Assembly (NCBI GenBank): GCA_977017575.1
Contig: CDRNVI010000105.1
Location: 36,946-100,945 of the forward strand
Reading direction: 5' to 3'
From: Paramoeba atlantica
Taxonomy: Eukaryota; Protista; Discosea
Length of the DNA stretch: 64,000 nucleotides
Below the pieces are notes generated by a model, which made no database searches, was not told the DNA's origin, and worked only from the letters and a program-made list of their open reading frames with translations. Shown one piece after another: positions 45,992 through 59,612 of this stretch (the stretch's first letter is position 1; every line of letters begins with the position of its first letter). The position numbers and the translations under genes were made by a program.

Positions 45992-47577
45992 TTCTTAAAG
46001 TTTCCCTACTTTTGTAGACATTTCAAAAAGATGCGAAGGACCCTACTAGAGCACTTAATCATAAACAATTTTGTACATAACAAACCCCCAGAGCCACCAT
46101 CATCAAAAATAATTCTCAAGAATTTCTCCTCATTGATGCAAAACGTCTCTTTTAACGCCTTTTATTTTTGTTTTCGCATAGCCGCCCCCCTCTACCACCA
46201 ATAAACGCATAAACATTTATCAGCCCCAATGCTACCAAGACCCTTCACAGACAGATTTGGAAGTTCCAAGGCCGACGTCCTCTACCAGTTTTCGCTTTTC
46301 CAAGGCGGCACCAACGTTATGTTACCAACACGCTGCTTCGACGACTTGTATGACAACGCGGCCCACCCAAGAGGCTTAAACCGGGTAAGGGGGCCGGCTC
46401 CCTGATGGGAGGAGGGGAAGAAGAATCCAATCCAAAAAGAAGAAGAAGAGAAGAGAACCGGTTCCCTGATGGGAGCGCCCCTGGCGGCCGTCAGAGTACT
46501 GGGCCTAGTCGATTCTCAGCCCAGCCTCTTAGATCGAGGCCGCCGGGAATTATGCGATGAGCGGGTTCGAAACTTTGATCCCTGAAGGAAGAAGGAAGAA
46601 GGTTGCTCGACTAAATGATGCTTTCCAATGTAGGGAAGTTACTTCGACAAGTGCTTGTGTAGGCTCTAGTTGAATCTTTAGTGTCTCAACGAGGTTCTGC
46701 CAATCTTAAAGCAGAGATTTAAGCCGGGCCGAGGGGTCTGGCCTTTATTTGGGTAGCTTCTACAGAGGAAAGCGGTGTAATTGTAGTTGGAGACGGTGGG
46801 CCTTACAACCTGCAGGTTGGGGGTTATATTCCCGATATCGACAAAACTCGCAACCTGCCGGCCTCACTACAAAGGGAAAGCGACCAGGAGTGCCTTCAAG
46901 TCCCACACCCAACCCCAAATCAATCATTCCGGATTGCTCCGGATGGCCACTGGCAAGCCAGACCCTTCACAGAAAGATTTGGAAGTTCCGAGGCCGACGT
47001 CCTCTATCAGTTTCCGCTTTTCCAAGGCGGCACCAACGTGCTGTTACCAACACGCTGCGTCGACGAACTGTACGTCAACACGGCTTACCCAAGAGGTGTA
47101 AGCCGGGTAAGGGAGCTCGTTCCCTGAGGGGAGGGTCTGGGACGGTCCTCCGAGTACTGGGCCTAGTCGGTTATTAGCCCAGCCTCTTAGAGGGAGGCCG
47201 CCAGGAATATTTCGATGAGCGGGTTTGAACTCGCCGTCTGAGCACCACGTGCTTGAAACTTTGAATTCTTGCTGCTACTCCACCGCTCGGAAAAAGTCCG
47301 CTAGGAAGAAGGCCTCCCTCTGGAGGAACGACCCGGAACCGCAGAGCCGAACCAGGCTCCAGCGCAGCCGCCGAAAATTCATGCTGCTTACGCAAACGAG
47401 GCATGAGACACAGCCTACACGATGCAACGGGGTTGGACGCCCGTCCTGGTAGCTACGGTTGGGTACCCGTGCTCGGGCCGCAAGGCTTCGAGTGCCGTCT
47501 TGGAAGGGGGCAGCAAGACAATGAAGGTCGGTGGCTTGAGACTCTACCCTAACGGTGCAGAGCCCTCGGTGTCTTTT

Positions 47578-47670
47578 CTTCTTCTTCTTCTTCTTCTTCT
47601 TCTTCTTCTTCTTCTTCTTCTTCTTCTTCTTCTTCTTCTTCTTCTTCTTCTTCTTCTTCTTCTTCTTCTT

Positions 47671-47700
<30 letters not shown>
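47578..47700. repeat. (CTT)41, unit 12
   Basis: Directly visible. Confidence 0.99.
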
Positions 47701-47701
<1 letters not shown>

Positions 47702-47803
47702 TTCCCCAGAGTCCTGAAAGCTGGTTTGCAACTCTACTACCGCGTTTAACGAAAAGCCTAAATTGAAATATTATAGCCAAAAATAGCCGATTTTCGGGTA
47801 AAA

Positions 47804-48298
47804 ATGGGGTCATTTTTGTGTATTTGTTTTCATTCACGAAATCCGATATTTGCTCGTGGGAAATCACTCGTAGGCATGAATGAAAGCCTGCCGAACGTAT
47901 TGGGTAAAGAATGCGACCCCAACCCCAAGAATGGCGACCTAATGTATGATGTGGACGCAAAGCTCAGGTTACTAAAATTCCATTCGTATAATATATATTT
48001 GTGCAAGGTAAAGGCGCACATTGGAAACAAATGGAATGAGGAGGCAGATGGTCTAGCACTTTTGGCATCACGAAAAGTGGCACGGGCTCCGACCCAAAAA
48101 AGGAGAAAAACAACTGCTAACTCGGAGGATAGTGAGAATTCACAACCGTCATGGTCTTTGAAAGCCTTACTCAAAAGGAAGTCCCTTGGAAATAAGCAAG
48201 CACGAGACATTCCATCATCGAAGCGCGAAGCTGAGGCGGAAGGGGTATTTCGAGGGAAGGTTGCGAGAGCTGGAGGTAATAGGAAACCGTCTAAGTAG
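47804..48298 (+). pseudogene. RNase H C-terminal fragment, unit 12
   Basis: Copy of 2962..3456. Confidence 0.8.
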
Positions 48299-49231
48299 GG
48301 AGAGAATTGATGGAATTATTTCTTTGCCAACTTAGAATGCCTTGAGGATTATTCATAGGTTATCGGAAAAATATTGTTTGTTTGTACCGTATCAGACACA
48401 TATAAACTCTGAACGTGGAAGCGATAGATGAAAGCTTTCAAGGTGTAAACATTAAGTTTTTCAACCGACTTTACGTCGGTCTTTTGGATTGGATATTGGA
48501 TTGGACCCCAACCACACCATTCTTCCGACCCAAAAAGACCCCTTGAGGTCCGAAAAATACTTTTTCACCTATTTCAGTCGAAAATGGGTCATTTTGAGTG
48601 GCGCACCACGGCTCGAAGAAGAGATACCTTGAGAAACCAAAGGCCGAGAAAGCTAGTATAGGCCCCGAACTATCAAAATACAACAGGGGAAAGAATATTG
48701 AAAAAATATTTTCTTTGCCAGTTTTTTCGCCAAGTTGAATTTTTTTTCAAAAACATCCGAACTTGGCGGACCCGTCCTGCGGATACGAGGGGGGGCCACC
48801 CCCGGGTAGGGGGCGGAAAATAAGCGCCAACCCCGGCTACCCCTTCTGCGGGTTTTTTTCGAAAAAAAAATTTCAAAAAAAAAAATCGTGCGGTATGCCC
48901 CCCTGTGTTCCTCTTTATATTTTCACTGTTTTTGTTCACTCTTTTTTCAATAATCGAGGGTAGAGTGGTAGTTATACAACCACCGCAATATAATAATTAA
49001 GATATCGCCCAAAGCCCCACCATGAGCGGACAAAGAACCTGCCACTCAAATGCTTGAATTAGCGCTACCCGGCTTCACATGCGATAACTGAGTTTCGTTT
49101 TGCTCGAGAACTCACGAGATACACCTTGCCAGGGGACCCTCCAGTGTGAAGTGGGTTTCAAATCTTGAACTCATCTTTTTTGATATTTTCAAAAATATTT
49201 ACTCAGTCCGCTACTTTTTTAAAATAACAAA

Positions 49232-49993
49232 TTGATGAATTTCGGGCTTCAAGTTTCCAGCCCTCCCTCATGCAAGGTATTTGTGGATGGGGTGCCAGAT
49301 GTTGAAATCGAGGAAAGCGATATTTTCAAACAGAAGTTATGCGTCACGCCAAAACATCTCCAACGATCCTCCGTAATCCTGTTTTCTTCTCTTTCTCAAC
49401 CCATAGGAATTTCCACGTCGAGCGGGGACCAATTCGTGTTAGACCCGGAGGGTGGAGCCGTTAACTTTACTTGTGCGAGCATGTTGAGCATCACGTTTCA
49501 CAATCTTTTAAAGAAGGAAGCAGAAAGTGTATGTAGAGATGTTCTTGGTCTTTTTCAAGACAATTTTGTTAATCCTTCATCTGGGGCCCTTTCATACGAC
49601 TACGTGAGGAACCAGATTGATCAGAAATACCTTTTTAATGTTTTGAAGTTTCAGAGAATGGTTAAAAATGCAGGCAACCCATTTTACCAATACCTTGGGA
49701 AAGACCTTTGCAGGTGGATAGTTTTGCATTCAAGTTCAAAAAAGCCCAATTTTGGATTTACACGAGGAAAAGAGTATAGTGATCTCTTAAAATTTTCTGT
49801 TAGCCAGATCATGGGGGAAGAAGTTGCGATGAGCGACCTTTATCAGCTGGTAAGGGGTGAGAAAACCTTTGATTTGCTCCTTTCTTCAAATTTTACTGTG
49901 TTGAAAAAGTTTCTTGTGAAATTTAATGCTGAGTTTCTTTGGTTTCAAGATGAGGCTTCAAAAAAGACATTAATTTCCACAAATCCCCTTTGA
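49232..49993 (+). CDS. Orphan 253-aa protein, unit 13
   Basis: Copy of 418..1179. Confidence 0.7.
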   Translation: MMNFGLQVSSPPSCKVFVDGVPDVEIEESDIFKQKLCVTPKHLQRSSVILFSSLSQPIGISTSSGDQFVLDPEGGAVNFTCASMLSITFHNLLKKEAESVCRDVLGLFQDNFVNPSSGALSYDYVRNQIDQKYLFNVLKFQRMVKNAGNPFYQYLGKDLCRWIVLHSSSKKPNFGFTRGKEYSDLLKFSVSQIMGEEVAMSDLYQLVRGEKTFDLLLSSNFTVLKKFLVKFNAEFLWFQDEASKKTLISTNPL

Positions 49994-51579
49994 TTCTTAA
50001 AGTTTCCCTACTTTTGTAGACATTTCAAAAAGATGCGAAGGACCCTACTAGAGCACTTAATCATAAACAATTTTGTACATAACAAACCCCCAGAGCCACC
50101 ATCATCAAAAATAATTCTCAAGAATTTCTCCTCATTGATGCAAAACGTCTCTTTTAACGCCTTTTATTTTTGTTTTCGCATAGCCGCCCCCCTCTACCAC
50201 CAATAAACGCATAAACATTTATCAGCCCCAATGCTACCAAGACCCTTCACAGACAGATTTGGAAGTTCCAAGGCCGACGTCCTCTACCAGTTTTCGCTTT
50301 TCCAAGGCGGCACCAACGTTATGTTACCAACACGCTGCTTCGACGACTTGTATGACAACGCGGCCCACCCAAGAGGCTTAAACCGGGTAAGGGGGCCGGC
50401 TCCCTGATGGGAGGAGGGGAAGAAGAATCCAATCCAAAAAGAAGAAGAAGAGAAGAGAACCGGTTCCCTGATGGGAGCGCCCCTGGCGGCCGTCAGAGTA
50501 CTGGGCCTAGTCGATTCTCAGCCCAGCCTCTTAGATCGAGGCCGCCGGGAATTATGCGATGAGCGGGTTCGAAACTTTGATCCCTGAAGGAAGAAGGAAG
50601 AAGGTTGCTCGACTAAATGATGCTTTCCAATGTAGGGAAGTTACTTCGACAAGTGCTTGTGTAGGCTCTAGTTGAATCTTTAGTGTCTCAACGAGGTTCT
50701 GCCAATCTTAAAGCAGAGATTTAAGCCGGGCCGAGGGGTCTGGCCTTTATTTGGGTAGCTTCTACAGAGGAAAGCGGTGTAATTGTAGTTGGAGACGGTG
50801 GGCCTTACAACCTGCAGGTTGGGGGTTATATTCCCGATATCGACAAAACTCGCAACCTGCCGGCCTCACTACAAAGGGAAAGCGACCAGGAGTGCCTTCA
50901 AGTCCCACACCCAACCCCAAATCAATCATTCCGGATTGCTCCGGATGGCCACTGGCAAGCCAGACCCTTCACAGAAAGATTTGGAAGTTCCGAGGCCGAC
51001 GTCCTCTATCAGTTTCCGCTTTTCCAAGGCGGCACCAACGTGCTGTTACCAACACGCTGCGTCGACGAACTGTACGTCAACACGGCTTACCCAAGAGGTG
51101 TAAGCCGGGTAAGGGAGCTCGTTCCCTGAGGGGAGGGTCCGGGACGGTCCTCCGAGTACTGGGCCTAGTCGGTTATTAGCCCAGCCTCTTAGAGGGAGGC
51201 CGCCAGGAATATTTCGATGAGCGGGTTTGAACTCGCCGTCTGAGCACCACGTGCTTGAAACTTTGAATTCTTGCTGCTACGCCACCGCTCGGAAAAAGTC
51301 CGCTAGGAAGAAGGCCTCCCTCTGGAGGAACGACCCGGAACCGCAGAGCCGAACCAGGCTCCAGCGCAGCCGCCGAAAATTCATGCTTCTTACGCAAACG
51401 AGGCATGAGACACAGCCTACACGATGCAACGGGGTTGGACGCCCGTCCTGGTAGCTACGGTTGGGTACCCGTGCTCGGGCCGCAAGGCTTCGAGTGCCGT
51501 CTTGGAAGGGGGCAGCAAGACAATGAAGGTCGGTGGCTTGAGACTCTACCCTAACGGTGCAGAGCCCTAGGTGTCTTTT

Positions 51580-51648
51580 CTTCTTCTTCTTCTTCTTCTT
51601 CTTCTTCTTCTTCTTCTTCTTCTTCTGCTTCTTCTTCTTCTTCTTCTT
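51580..51648. repeat. (CTT)23 with one CTG interruption, unit 13
   Basis: Directly visible. Confidence 0.99.
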
Positions 51649-51751
51649 ATTCCCCAGAGTCCTGAAAGCTGGTTTGCAACTCTACTAACGCGTTTAACGA
51701 AAAGCCTAAATTGAAATATTATAGCCAAAAATAGCCGATTTTCGGGTAAAA

Positions 51752-52246
51752 ATGGGGTCATTTTTGTGTATTTGTTTTCATTCACGAAATCCGATATTTG
51801 CTCGTGGGAAATCACTCGTAGGCATGAATGAAAGCCTGCCGAACGTATTGGGTAAAGAATGCGACACCAACCCCAAGAATGGCGACCTAATGTATGATGT
51901 GGACGCAAAGCTCAGGTTACTAAAATTCCATTCGTATAATATATATTTGTGCAAGGTAAAGGCGCACATTGGAAACAAATGGAATGAGGAGGCAGATGGT
52001 CTAGCACTTTTGGCATCACGAAAAGTGGCACGGGCTCCGACCCAAAAAAGGAGAAAAACAACTGCTAACTCGGAGGATAGTGAGAATTCACAACCGTCAT
52101 GGTCTTTGAAAGCCTTACTCAAAAGGAAGTCCCTTGGAAATAAGCAAGCACGAGACATTCCATCATCGAAGCGCGAAGCTGAGGCGGAAGGGGTATTTCG
52201 AGGGAAGGTTGCGAGAGCTGGAGGTAATAGGAAACCGTCTAAGTAG
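51752..52246 (+). pseudogene. RNase H C-terminal fragment, unit 13
   Basis: Copy of 2962..3456 (ECDTNP variant). Confidence 0.8.
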
Positions 52247-53179
52247 GGAGAGAATTGATGGAATTATTTCTTTGCCAACTTAGAATGCCTTGAGGATTAT
52301 TCATAGGTTATCGGAAAAATATTGTTTGTTTGTACCGTATCAGACACATATAAACTCTGAACGTGGAAGCGATAGATGAAAGCTTTCAAGGTGTAAACAT
52401 TAAGTTTTTCAACCGACTTTACGTCGGTCTTTTGGATTGGATATTGGATTGGACCCCAACCACACCATTCTTCCGACCCAAAAAGACCCCTTGAGGTCCG
52501 AAAAATACTTTTTCACCTATTTCAGTCGAAAATGGGTCATTTTGAGTGGCGCACCACGGCTCGAAGAAGAGATACCTTGAGAAACCAAAGGCCGAGAAAG
52601 CTAGTATAGGCCCCGAACTATCAAAATACAACAGGGGAAAGAATATTGAAAAAATATTTTCTTTGCCAGTTTTTTCGCCAAGTTGAATTTTTTTTCAAAA
52701 ACATCCGAACTTGGCGGACCCGTCCTGCGGATACGAGGGGGGGCCACCCCCGGGTAGGGGGCGGAAAATAAGCGCCAACCCCGGCTACCCCTTCTGCGGG
52801 TTTTTTTCGAAAAAAAAATTTCAAAAAAAAAAATCGTGCGGTATGCCCCCCTGTGTTCCTCTTTATATTTTCACTGTTTTTGTTCACTCTTTTTTCAATA
52901 ATCGAGGGTAGAGTGGTAGTTATACAACCACCGCAATATAATAATTAAGATATCGCCCAAAGCCCCACCATGAGCGGACAAAGAACCTGCCACTCAAATG
53001 CTTGAATTAGCGCTACCCGGCTTCACATGCGATAACTGAGTTTCGTTTTGCTCGAGAACTCACGAGATACACCTTGCCAGGGGACCCTCCAGTGTGAAGT
53101 GGGTTTCAAATCTTGAACTCATCTTTTTTGATATTTTCAAAAATATTTACTCAGTCCGCTACTTTTTTAAAATAACAAA

Positions 53180-53941
53180 TTGATGAATTTCGGGCTTCAA
53201 GTTTCCAGCCCTCCCTCATGCAAGGTATTTGTGGATGGGGTGCCAGATGTTGAAATCGAGGAAAGCGATATTTTCAAACAGAAGTTATGCGTCACGCCAA
53301 AACATCTCCAACGATCCTCCGTAATCCTGTTTTCTTCTCTTTCTCAACCCATAGGAATTTCCACGTCGAGCGGGGACCAATTCGTGTTAGACCCGGAGGG
53401 TGGAGCCGTTAACTTTACTTGTGCGAGCATGTTGAGCATCACGTTTCACAATCTTTTAAAGAAGGAAGCAGAAAGTGTATGTAGAGATGTTCTTGGTCTT
53501 TTTCAAGACAATTTTGTTAATCCTTCATCTGGGGCCCTTTCATACGACTACGTGAGGAACCAGATTGATCAGAAATACCTTTTTAATGTTTTGAAGTTTC
53601 AGAGAATGGTTAAAAATGCAGGCAACCCATTTTACCAATACCTTGGGAAAGACCTTTGCAGGTGGATAGTTTTGCATTCAAGTTCAAAAAAGCCCAATTT
53701 TGGATTTACACGAGGAAAAGAGTATAGTGATCTCTTAAAATTTTCTGTTAGCCAGATCATGGGGGAAGAAGTTGCGATGAGCGACCTTTATCAGCTGGTA
53801 AGGGGTGAGAAAACCTTTGATTTGCTCCTTTCTTCAAATTTTACTGTGTTGAAAAAGTTTCTTGTGAAATTTAATGCTGAGTTTCTTTGGTTTCAAGATG
53901 AGGCTTCAAAAAAGACATTAATTTCCACAAATCCCCTTTGA
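53180..53941 (+). CDS. Orphan 253-aa protein, unit 14
   Basis: Copy of 418..1179. Confidence 0.7.
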   Translation: MMNFGLQVSSPPSCKVFVDGVPDVEIEESDIFKQKLCVTPKHLQRSSVILFSSLSQPIGISTSSGDQFVLDPEGGAVNFTCASMLSITFHNLLKKEAESVCRDVLGLFQDNFVNPSSGALSYDYVRNQIDQKYLFNVLKFQRMVKNAGNPFYQYLGKDLCRWIVLHSSSKKPNFGFTRGKEYSDLLKFSVSQIMGEEVAMSDLYQLVRGEKTFDLLLSSNFTVLKKFLVKFNAEFLWFQDEASKKTLISTNPL

Positions 53942-55527
53942 TTCTTAAAGTTTCCCTACTTTTGTAGACATTTCAAAAAGATGCGAAGGACCCTACTAGA
54001 GCACTTAATCATAAACAATTTTCTACATAACAAACCCCCAGAGCCACCATCATCAAAAATAATTCTCAAGAATTTCTCCTCATTGATGCAAAACGTCTCT
54101 TTTAACGCCTTTTATTTTTGTTTTCGCATAGCCGCCCCCCTCTACCACCAATAAACGCATAAACATTTATCAGCCCCAATGCTACCAAGACCCTTCACAG
54201 ACAGATTTGGAAGTTCCAAGGCCGACGTCCTCTACCAGTTTTCGCTTTTCCAAGGCGGCACCAACGTTATGTTACCAACACGCTGCTTCGACGACTTGTA
54301 TGACAACGCGGCCCACCCAAGAGGCTTAAACCGGGTAAGGGGGCCGGCTCCCTGATGGGAGGAGGGGAAGAAGAATCCAATCCAAAAAGAAGAAGAAGAG
54401 AAGAGAACCGGTTCCCTGATGGGAGCGCCCCTGGCGGCCGTCAGAGTACTGGGCCTAGTCGATTCTCAGCCCAGCCTCTTAGATCGAGGCCGCCGGGAAT
54501 TATGCGATGAGCGGGTTCGAAACTTTGATCCCTGAAGGAAGAAGGAAGAAGGTTGCTCGACTAAATGATGCTTTCCAATGTAGGGAAGTTACTTCGACAA
54601 GTGCTTGTGTAGGCTCTAGTTGAATCTTTAGTGTCTCAACGAGGTTCTGCCAATCTTAAAGCAGAGATTTAAGCCGGGCCGAGGGGTCTGGCCTTTATTT
54701 GGGTAGCTTCTACAGAGGAAAGCGGTGTAATTGTAGTTGGAGACGGTGGGCCTTACAACCTGCAGGTTGGGGGTTATATTCCCGATATCGACAAAACTCG
54801 CAACCTGCCGGCCTCACTACAAAGGGAAAGCGACCAGGAGTGCCTTCAAGTCCCACACCCAACCCCAAATCAATCATTCCGGATTGCTCCGGATGGCCAC
54901 TGGCAAGCCAGACCCTTCACAGAAAGATTTGGAAGTTCCGAGGCCGACGTCCTCTATCAGTTTCCGCTTTTCCAAGGCGGCACCAACGTGCTGTTACCAA
55001 CACGCTGCGTCGACGAACTGTACGTCAACACGGCTTACCCAAGAGGTGTAAGCCGGGTAAGGGAGCTCGTTCCCTGAGGGGAGGGTCCGGGACGGTCCTC
55101 CGAGTACTGGGCCTAGTCGGTTATTAGCCCAGCCTCTTAGAGGGAGGCCGCCAGGAATATTTCGATGAGCGGGTTTGAACTCGCCGTCTGAGCACCACGT
55201 GCTTGAAACTTTGAATTCTTGCTGCTACGCCACCGCTCGGAAAAAGTCCGCTAGGAAGAAGGCCTCCCTCTGGAGGAACGACCCGGAACCGCAGAGCCGA
55301 ACCAGGCTCCAGCGCAGCCGCCGAAAATTCATGCTTCTTACGCAAACGAGGCATGAGACACAGCCTACACGATGCAACGGGGTTGGACGCCCGTCCTGGT
55401 AGCTACGGTTGGGTACCCGTGCTCGGGCCGCAAGGCTTCGAGTGCCGTCTTGGAAGGGGGCAGCAAGACAATGAAGGTCGGTGGCTTGAGACTCTACCCT
55501 AACGGTGCAGAGCCCTAGGTGTCTTTT

Positions 55528-55614
55528 CTTCTTCTTCTTCTTCTTCTTCTTCTTCTTCTTCTTCTTCTTCTTCTTCTTCTTCTTCTTCTGCTTCTTCTTC
55601 TTCTTCTTCTTCTT
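55528..55614. repeat. (CTT)29 with one CTG interruption, unit 14
   Basis: Directly visible. Confidence 0.99.
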
Positions 55615-55717
55615 ATTCCCCAGAGTCCTGAAAGCTGGTTTGCAACTCTACTACCGCGTTTAACGAAAAGCCTAAATTGAAATATTATAGCCAAAAATAG
55701 CCGATTTTCGGGTAAAA

Positions 55718-56212
55718 ATGGGGTCATTTTTGTGTATTTGTTTTCATTCACGAAATCCGATATTTGCTCGTGGGAAATCACTCGTAGGCATGAATGAAAG
55801 CCTGCCGAACGTATTGGGTAAAGAATGCGGCACCAACCCCAAGAATGGCGACCTAATGTATGATGTGGACGCAAAGCTCAGGTTACTAAAATTCCATTCG
55901 TATAATATATATTTGTGCAAGGTAAAGGCGCACATTGGAAACAAATGGAATGAGGAGGCAGATGGTCTAGCACTTTTGGCATCACGAAAAGTGGCACGGG
56001 CTCCGACCCAAAAAAGGAGAAAAACAACTGCTAACTCGGAGGATAGTGAGAATTCACAACCGTCATGGTCTTTGAAAGCCTTACTCAAAAGGAAGTCCCT
56101 TGGAAATAAGCAAGCACGAGACATTCCATCATCGAAGCGCGAAGCTGAGGCGGAAGGGGTATTTCGAGGGAAGGTTGCGAGAGCTGGAGGTAATAGGAAA
56201 CCGTCTAAGTAG
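55718..56212 (+). pseudogene. RNase H C-terminal fragment, unit 14
   Basis: Copy of 2962..3456 (ECGTNP variant). Confidence 0.8.
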
Positions 56213-57131
56213 GGAGAGAATTGATGGAATTATTTCTTTGCCAACTTAGAATGCCTTGAGGATTATTCATAGGTTATCGGAAAAATATTGTTTGTGTTTA
56301 CCGTATCAGACACATATAAACTCTGAACGTGGAAGCGATAGATGAAAGCTTTCAAGGTGTAAACATTAAGTTTTTCAACCGACTTTACGTCGGTCTTTTG
56401 GATTGGATATTGGATTGGACCCCAACCACACCATTCTTCCGACCCAAAAAGACCCCTTGAGGTCCGAAAAATACTTTTTCACCTATTTCAGTCGAAAATG
56501 GGTCATTTTGAGTGGCGCACCACGGCTCGAAGAAGAGATACCTTGAGAAACCAAAGGCCGAGAAAGCTAGTATAGGCCCCGAACTATCAAAATACAACAG
56601 GGGAAAGAATATTGAAAAAATATTTTCTTTGCCAGTTTTTTCGCCAAGTTGAATTTTTTTTCAAAAACATCCGAACTTGGCGGACCCGTCCTGCGGATAC
56701 GAGGGGGGGCCACCCCCGGGTAGGGGGCGGAAAATAAGCGCCAACCCCGGCTACCCCTTCTGCGGGTTTTTTTCGAAAAAAAAAATCGTGCGGTATGCCC
56801 CCCTGTGTTCCTCTTTATATTTTCACTGTTTTTGTTCACTCTTTTTTCAATAATCGAGGGTAGAGTGGTAGTTATACAACCACCGCAATATAATAATTAA
56901 GATATCGCCCAAAGCCCCACCATGAGCGGACAAAGAACCTGCCACTCAAATGCTTGAATTAGCGCTACCCGGCTTCACATGCGATAACTGAGTTTCGTTT
57001 TGCTCGAGAACTCACGAGATACACCTTGCCAGGGGACCCTCCAGTGTGAAGTGGGTTTCAAATCTTGAACTCATCTTTTTTGATATTTTCAAAAATATTT
57101 ACTCAGTCCGCTACTTTTTTAAAATAACAAA

Positions 57132-57893
57132 TTGATGAATTTCGGGCTTCAAGTTTCCAGCCCTCCCTCATGCAAGGTATTTGTGGATGGGGTGCCAGAT
57201 GTTGAAATCGAGGAAAGCGATATTTTCAAACAGAAGTTATGCGTCACGCCAAAACATCTCCAACGATCCTCCGTAATCCTGTTTTCTTCTCTTTCTCAAC
57301 CCATAGGAATTTCCACGTCGAGCGGGGACCAATTCGTGTTAGACCCGGAGGGTGGAGCCGTTAACTTTACTTGTGCGAGCATGTTGAGCATCACGTTTCA
57401 CAATCTTTTAAAGAAGGAAGCAGAAAGTGTATGTAGAGATGTTCTTGGTCTTTTTCAAGACAATTTTGTTAATCCTTCATCTGGGGCCCTTTCATACGAC
57501 TACGTGAGGAACCAGATTGATCAGAAATACCTTTTTAATGTTTTGAAGTTTCAGAGAATGGTTAAAAATGCAGGCAACCCATTTTACCAATACCTTGGGA
57601 AAGACCTTTGCAGGTGGATAGTTTTGCATTCAAGTTCAAAAAAGCCCAATTTTGGATTTACACGAGGAAAAGAGTATAGTGATCTCTTAAAATTTTCTGT
57701 TAGCCAGATCATGGGGGAAGAAGTTGCGATGAGCGACCTTTATCAGCTGGTAAGGGGTGAGAAAACCTTTGATTTGCTCCTTTCTTCAAATTTTACTGTG
57801 TTGAAAAAGTTTCTTGTGAAATTTAATGCTGAGTTTCTTTGGTTTCAAGATGAGGCTTCAAAAAAGACATTAATTTCCACAAATCCCCTTTGA
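57132..57893 (+). CDS. Orphan 253-aa protein, unit 15
   Basis: Copy of 418..1179. Confidence 0.7.
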   Translation: MMNFGLQVSSPPSCKVFVDGVPDVEIEESDIFKQKLCVTPKHLQRSSVILFSSLSQPIGISTSSGDQFVLDPEGGAVNFTCASMLSITFHNLLKKEAESVCRDVLGLFQDNFVNPSSGALSYDYVRNQIDQKYLFNVLKFQRMVKNAGNPFYQYLGKDLCRWIVLHSSSKKPNFGFTRGKEYSDLLKFSVSQIMGEEVAMSDLYQLVRGEKTFDLLLSSNFTVLKKFLVKFNAEFLWFQDEASKKTLISTNPL

Positions 57894-59479
57894 TTCTTAA
57901 AGTTTCCCTACTTTTGTAGACATTTCAAAAAGATGCGAAGGACCCTACTAGAGCACTTAATCATAAACAATTTTGTACATAACAAACCCCCAGAGCCACC
58001 ATCATCAAAAATAATTCTCAAGAATTTCTCCTCATTGATGCAAAACGTCTCTTTTAACGCCTTTTATTTTTGTTTTCGCATAGCCGCCCCCCTCTACCAC
58101 CAATAAACGCATAAACATTTATCAGCCCCAATGCTACCAAGACCCTTCACAGACAGATTTGGAAGTTCCAAGGCCGACGTCCTCTACCAGTTTTCGCTTT
58201 TCCAAGGCGGCACCAACGTTATGTTACCAACACGCTGCTTCGACGACTTGTATGACAACGCGGCCCACCCAAGAGGCTTAAACCGGGTAAGGGGGCCGGC
58301 TCCCTGATGGGAGGAGGGGAAGAAGAATCCAATCCAAAAAGAAGAAGAAGAGAAGAGAACCGGTTCCCTGATGGGAGCGCCCCTGGCGGCCGTCAGAGTA
58401 CTGGGCCTAGTCGATTCTCAGCCCAGCCTCTTAGATCGAGGCCGCCGGGAATTATGCGATGAGCGGGTTCGAAACTTTGATCCCTGAAGGAAGAAGGAAG
58501 AAGGTTGCTCGACTAAATGATGCTTTCCAATGTAGGGAAGTTACTTCGACAAGTGCTTGTGTAGGCTCTAGTTGAATCTTTAGTGTCTCAACGAGGTTCT
58601 GCCAATCTTAAAGCAGAGATTTAAGCCGGGCCGAGGGGTCTGGCCTTTATTTGGGTAGCTTCTACAGAGGAAAGCGGTGTAATTGTAGTTGGAGACGGTG
58701 GGCCTTACAACCTGCAGGTTGGGGGTTATATTCCCGATATCGACAAAACTCGCAACCTGCCGGCCTCACTACAAAGGGAAAGCGACCAGGAGTGCCTTCA
58801 AGTCCCACACCCAACCCCAAATCAATCATTCCGGATTGCTCCGGATGGCCACTGGCAAGCCAGACCCTTCACAGAAAGATTTGGAAGTTCCGAGGCCGAC
58901 GTCCTCTATCAGTTTCCGCTTTTCCAAGGCGGCACCAACGTGCTGTTACCAACACGCTGCGTCGACGAACTGTACGTCAACACGGCTTACCCAAGAGGTG
59001 TAAGCCGGGTAAGGGAGCTCGTTCCCTGAGGGGAGGGTCCGGGACGGTCCTCCGAGTACTGGGCCTAGTCGGTTATTAGCCCAGCCTCTTAGAGGGAGGC
59101 CGCCAGGAATATTTCGATGAGCGGGTTTGAACTCGCCGTCTGAGCACCACGTGCTTGAAACTTTGAATTCTTGCTGCTACGCCACCGCTCGGAAAAAGTC
59201 CGCTAGGAAGAAGGCCTCCCTCTGGAGGAACGACCCGGAACCGCAGAGCCGAACCAGGCTCCAGCGCAGCCGCCGAAAATTCATGCTTCTTACGCAAACG
59301 AGGCATGAGACACAGCCTACACGATGCAACGGGGTTGGACGCCCGTCCTGGTAGCTACGGTTGGGTACCCGTGCTCGGGCCGCAAGGCTTCGAGTGCCGT
59401 CTTGGAAGGGGGCAGCAAGACAATGAAGGTCGGTAGCTTGAGACTCTACCCTAACGGTGCAGAGCCCTCGGTGTCTTTT

Positions 59480-59581
59480 CTTCTTCTTCTTCTTCTTCTT
59501 CTTCTTCTTCTTCTTCTTCTTCTTCTTCTTCTTCTTCTTCTTCTTCTTCTTCTTCTTCTTCTTCTTCTTCTTCTTCTTCTT

Positions 59582-59611
<30 letters not shown>
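59480..59611. repeat. (CTT)44, unit 15
   Basis: Directly visible. Confidence 0.99.
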
Positions 59612-59612
<1 letters not shown>

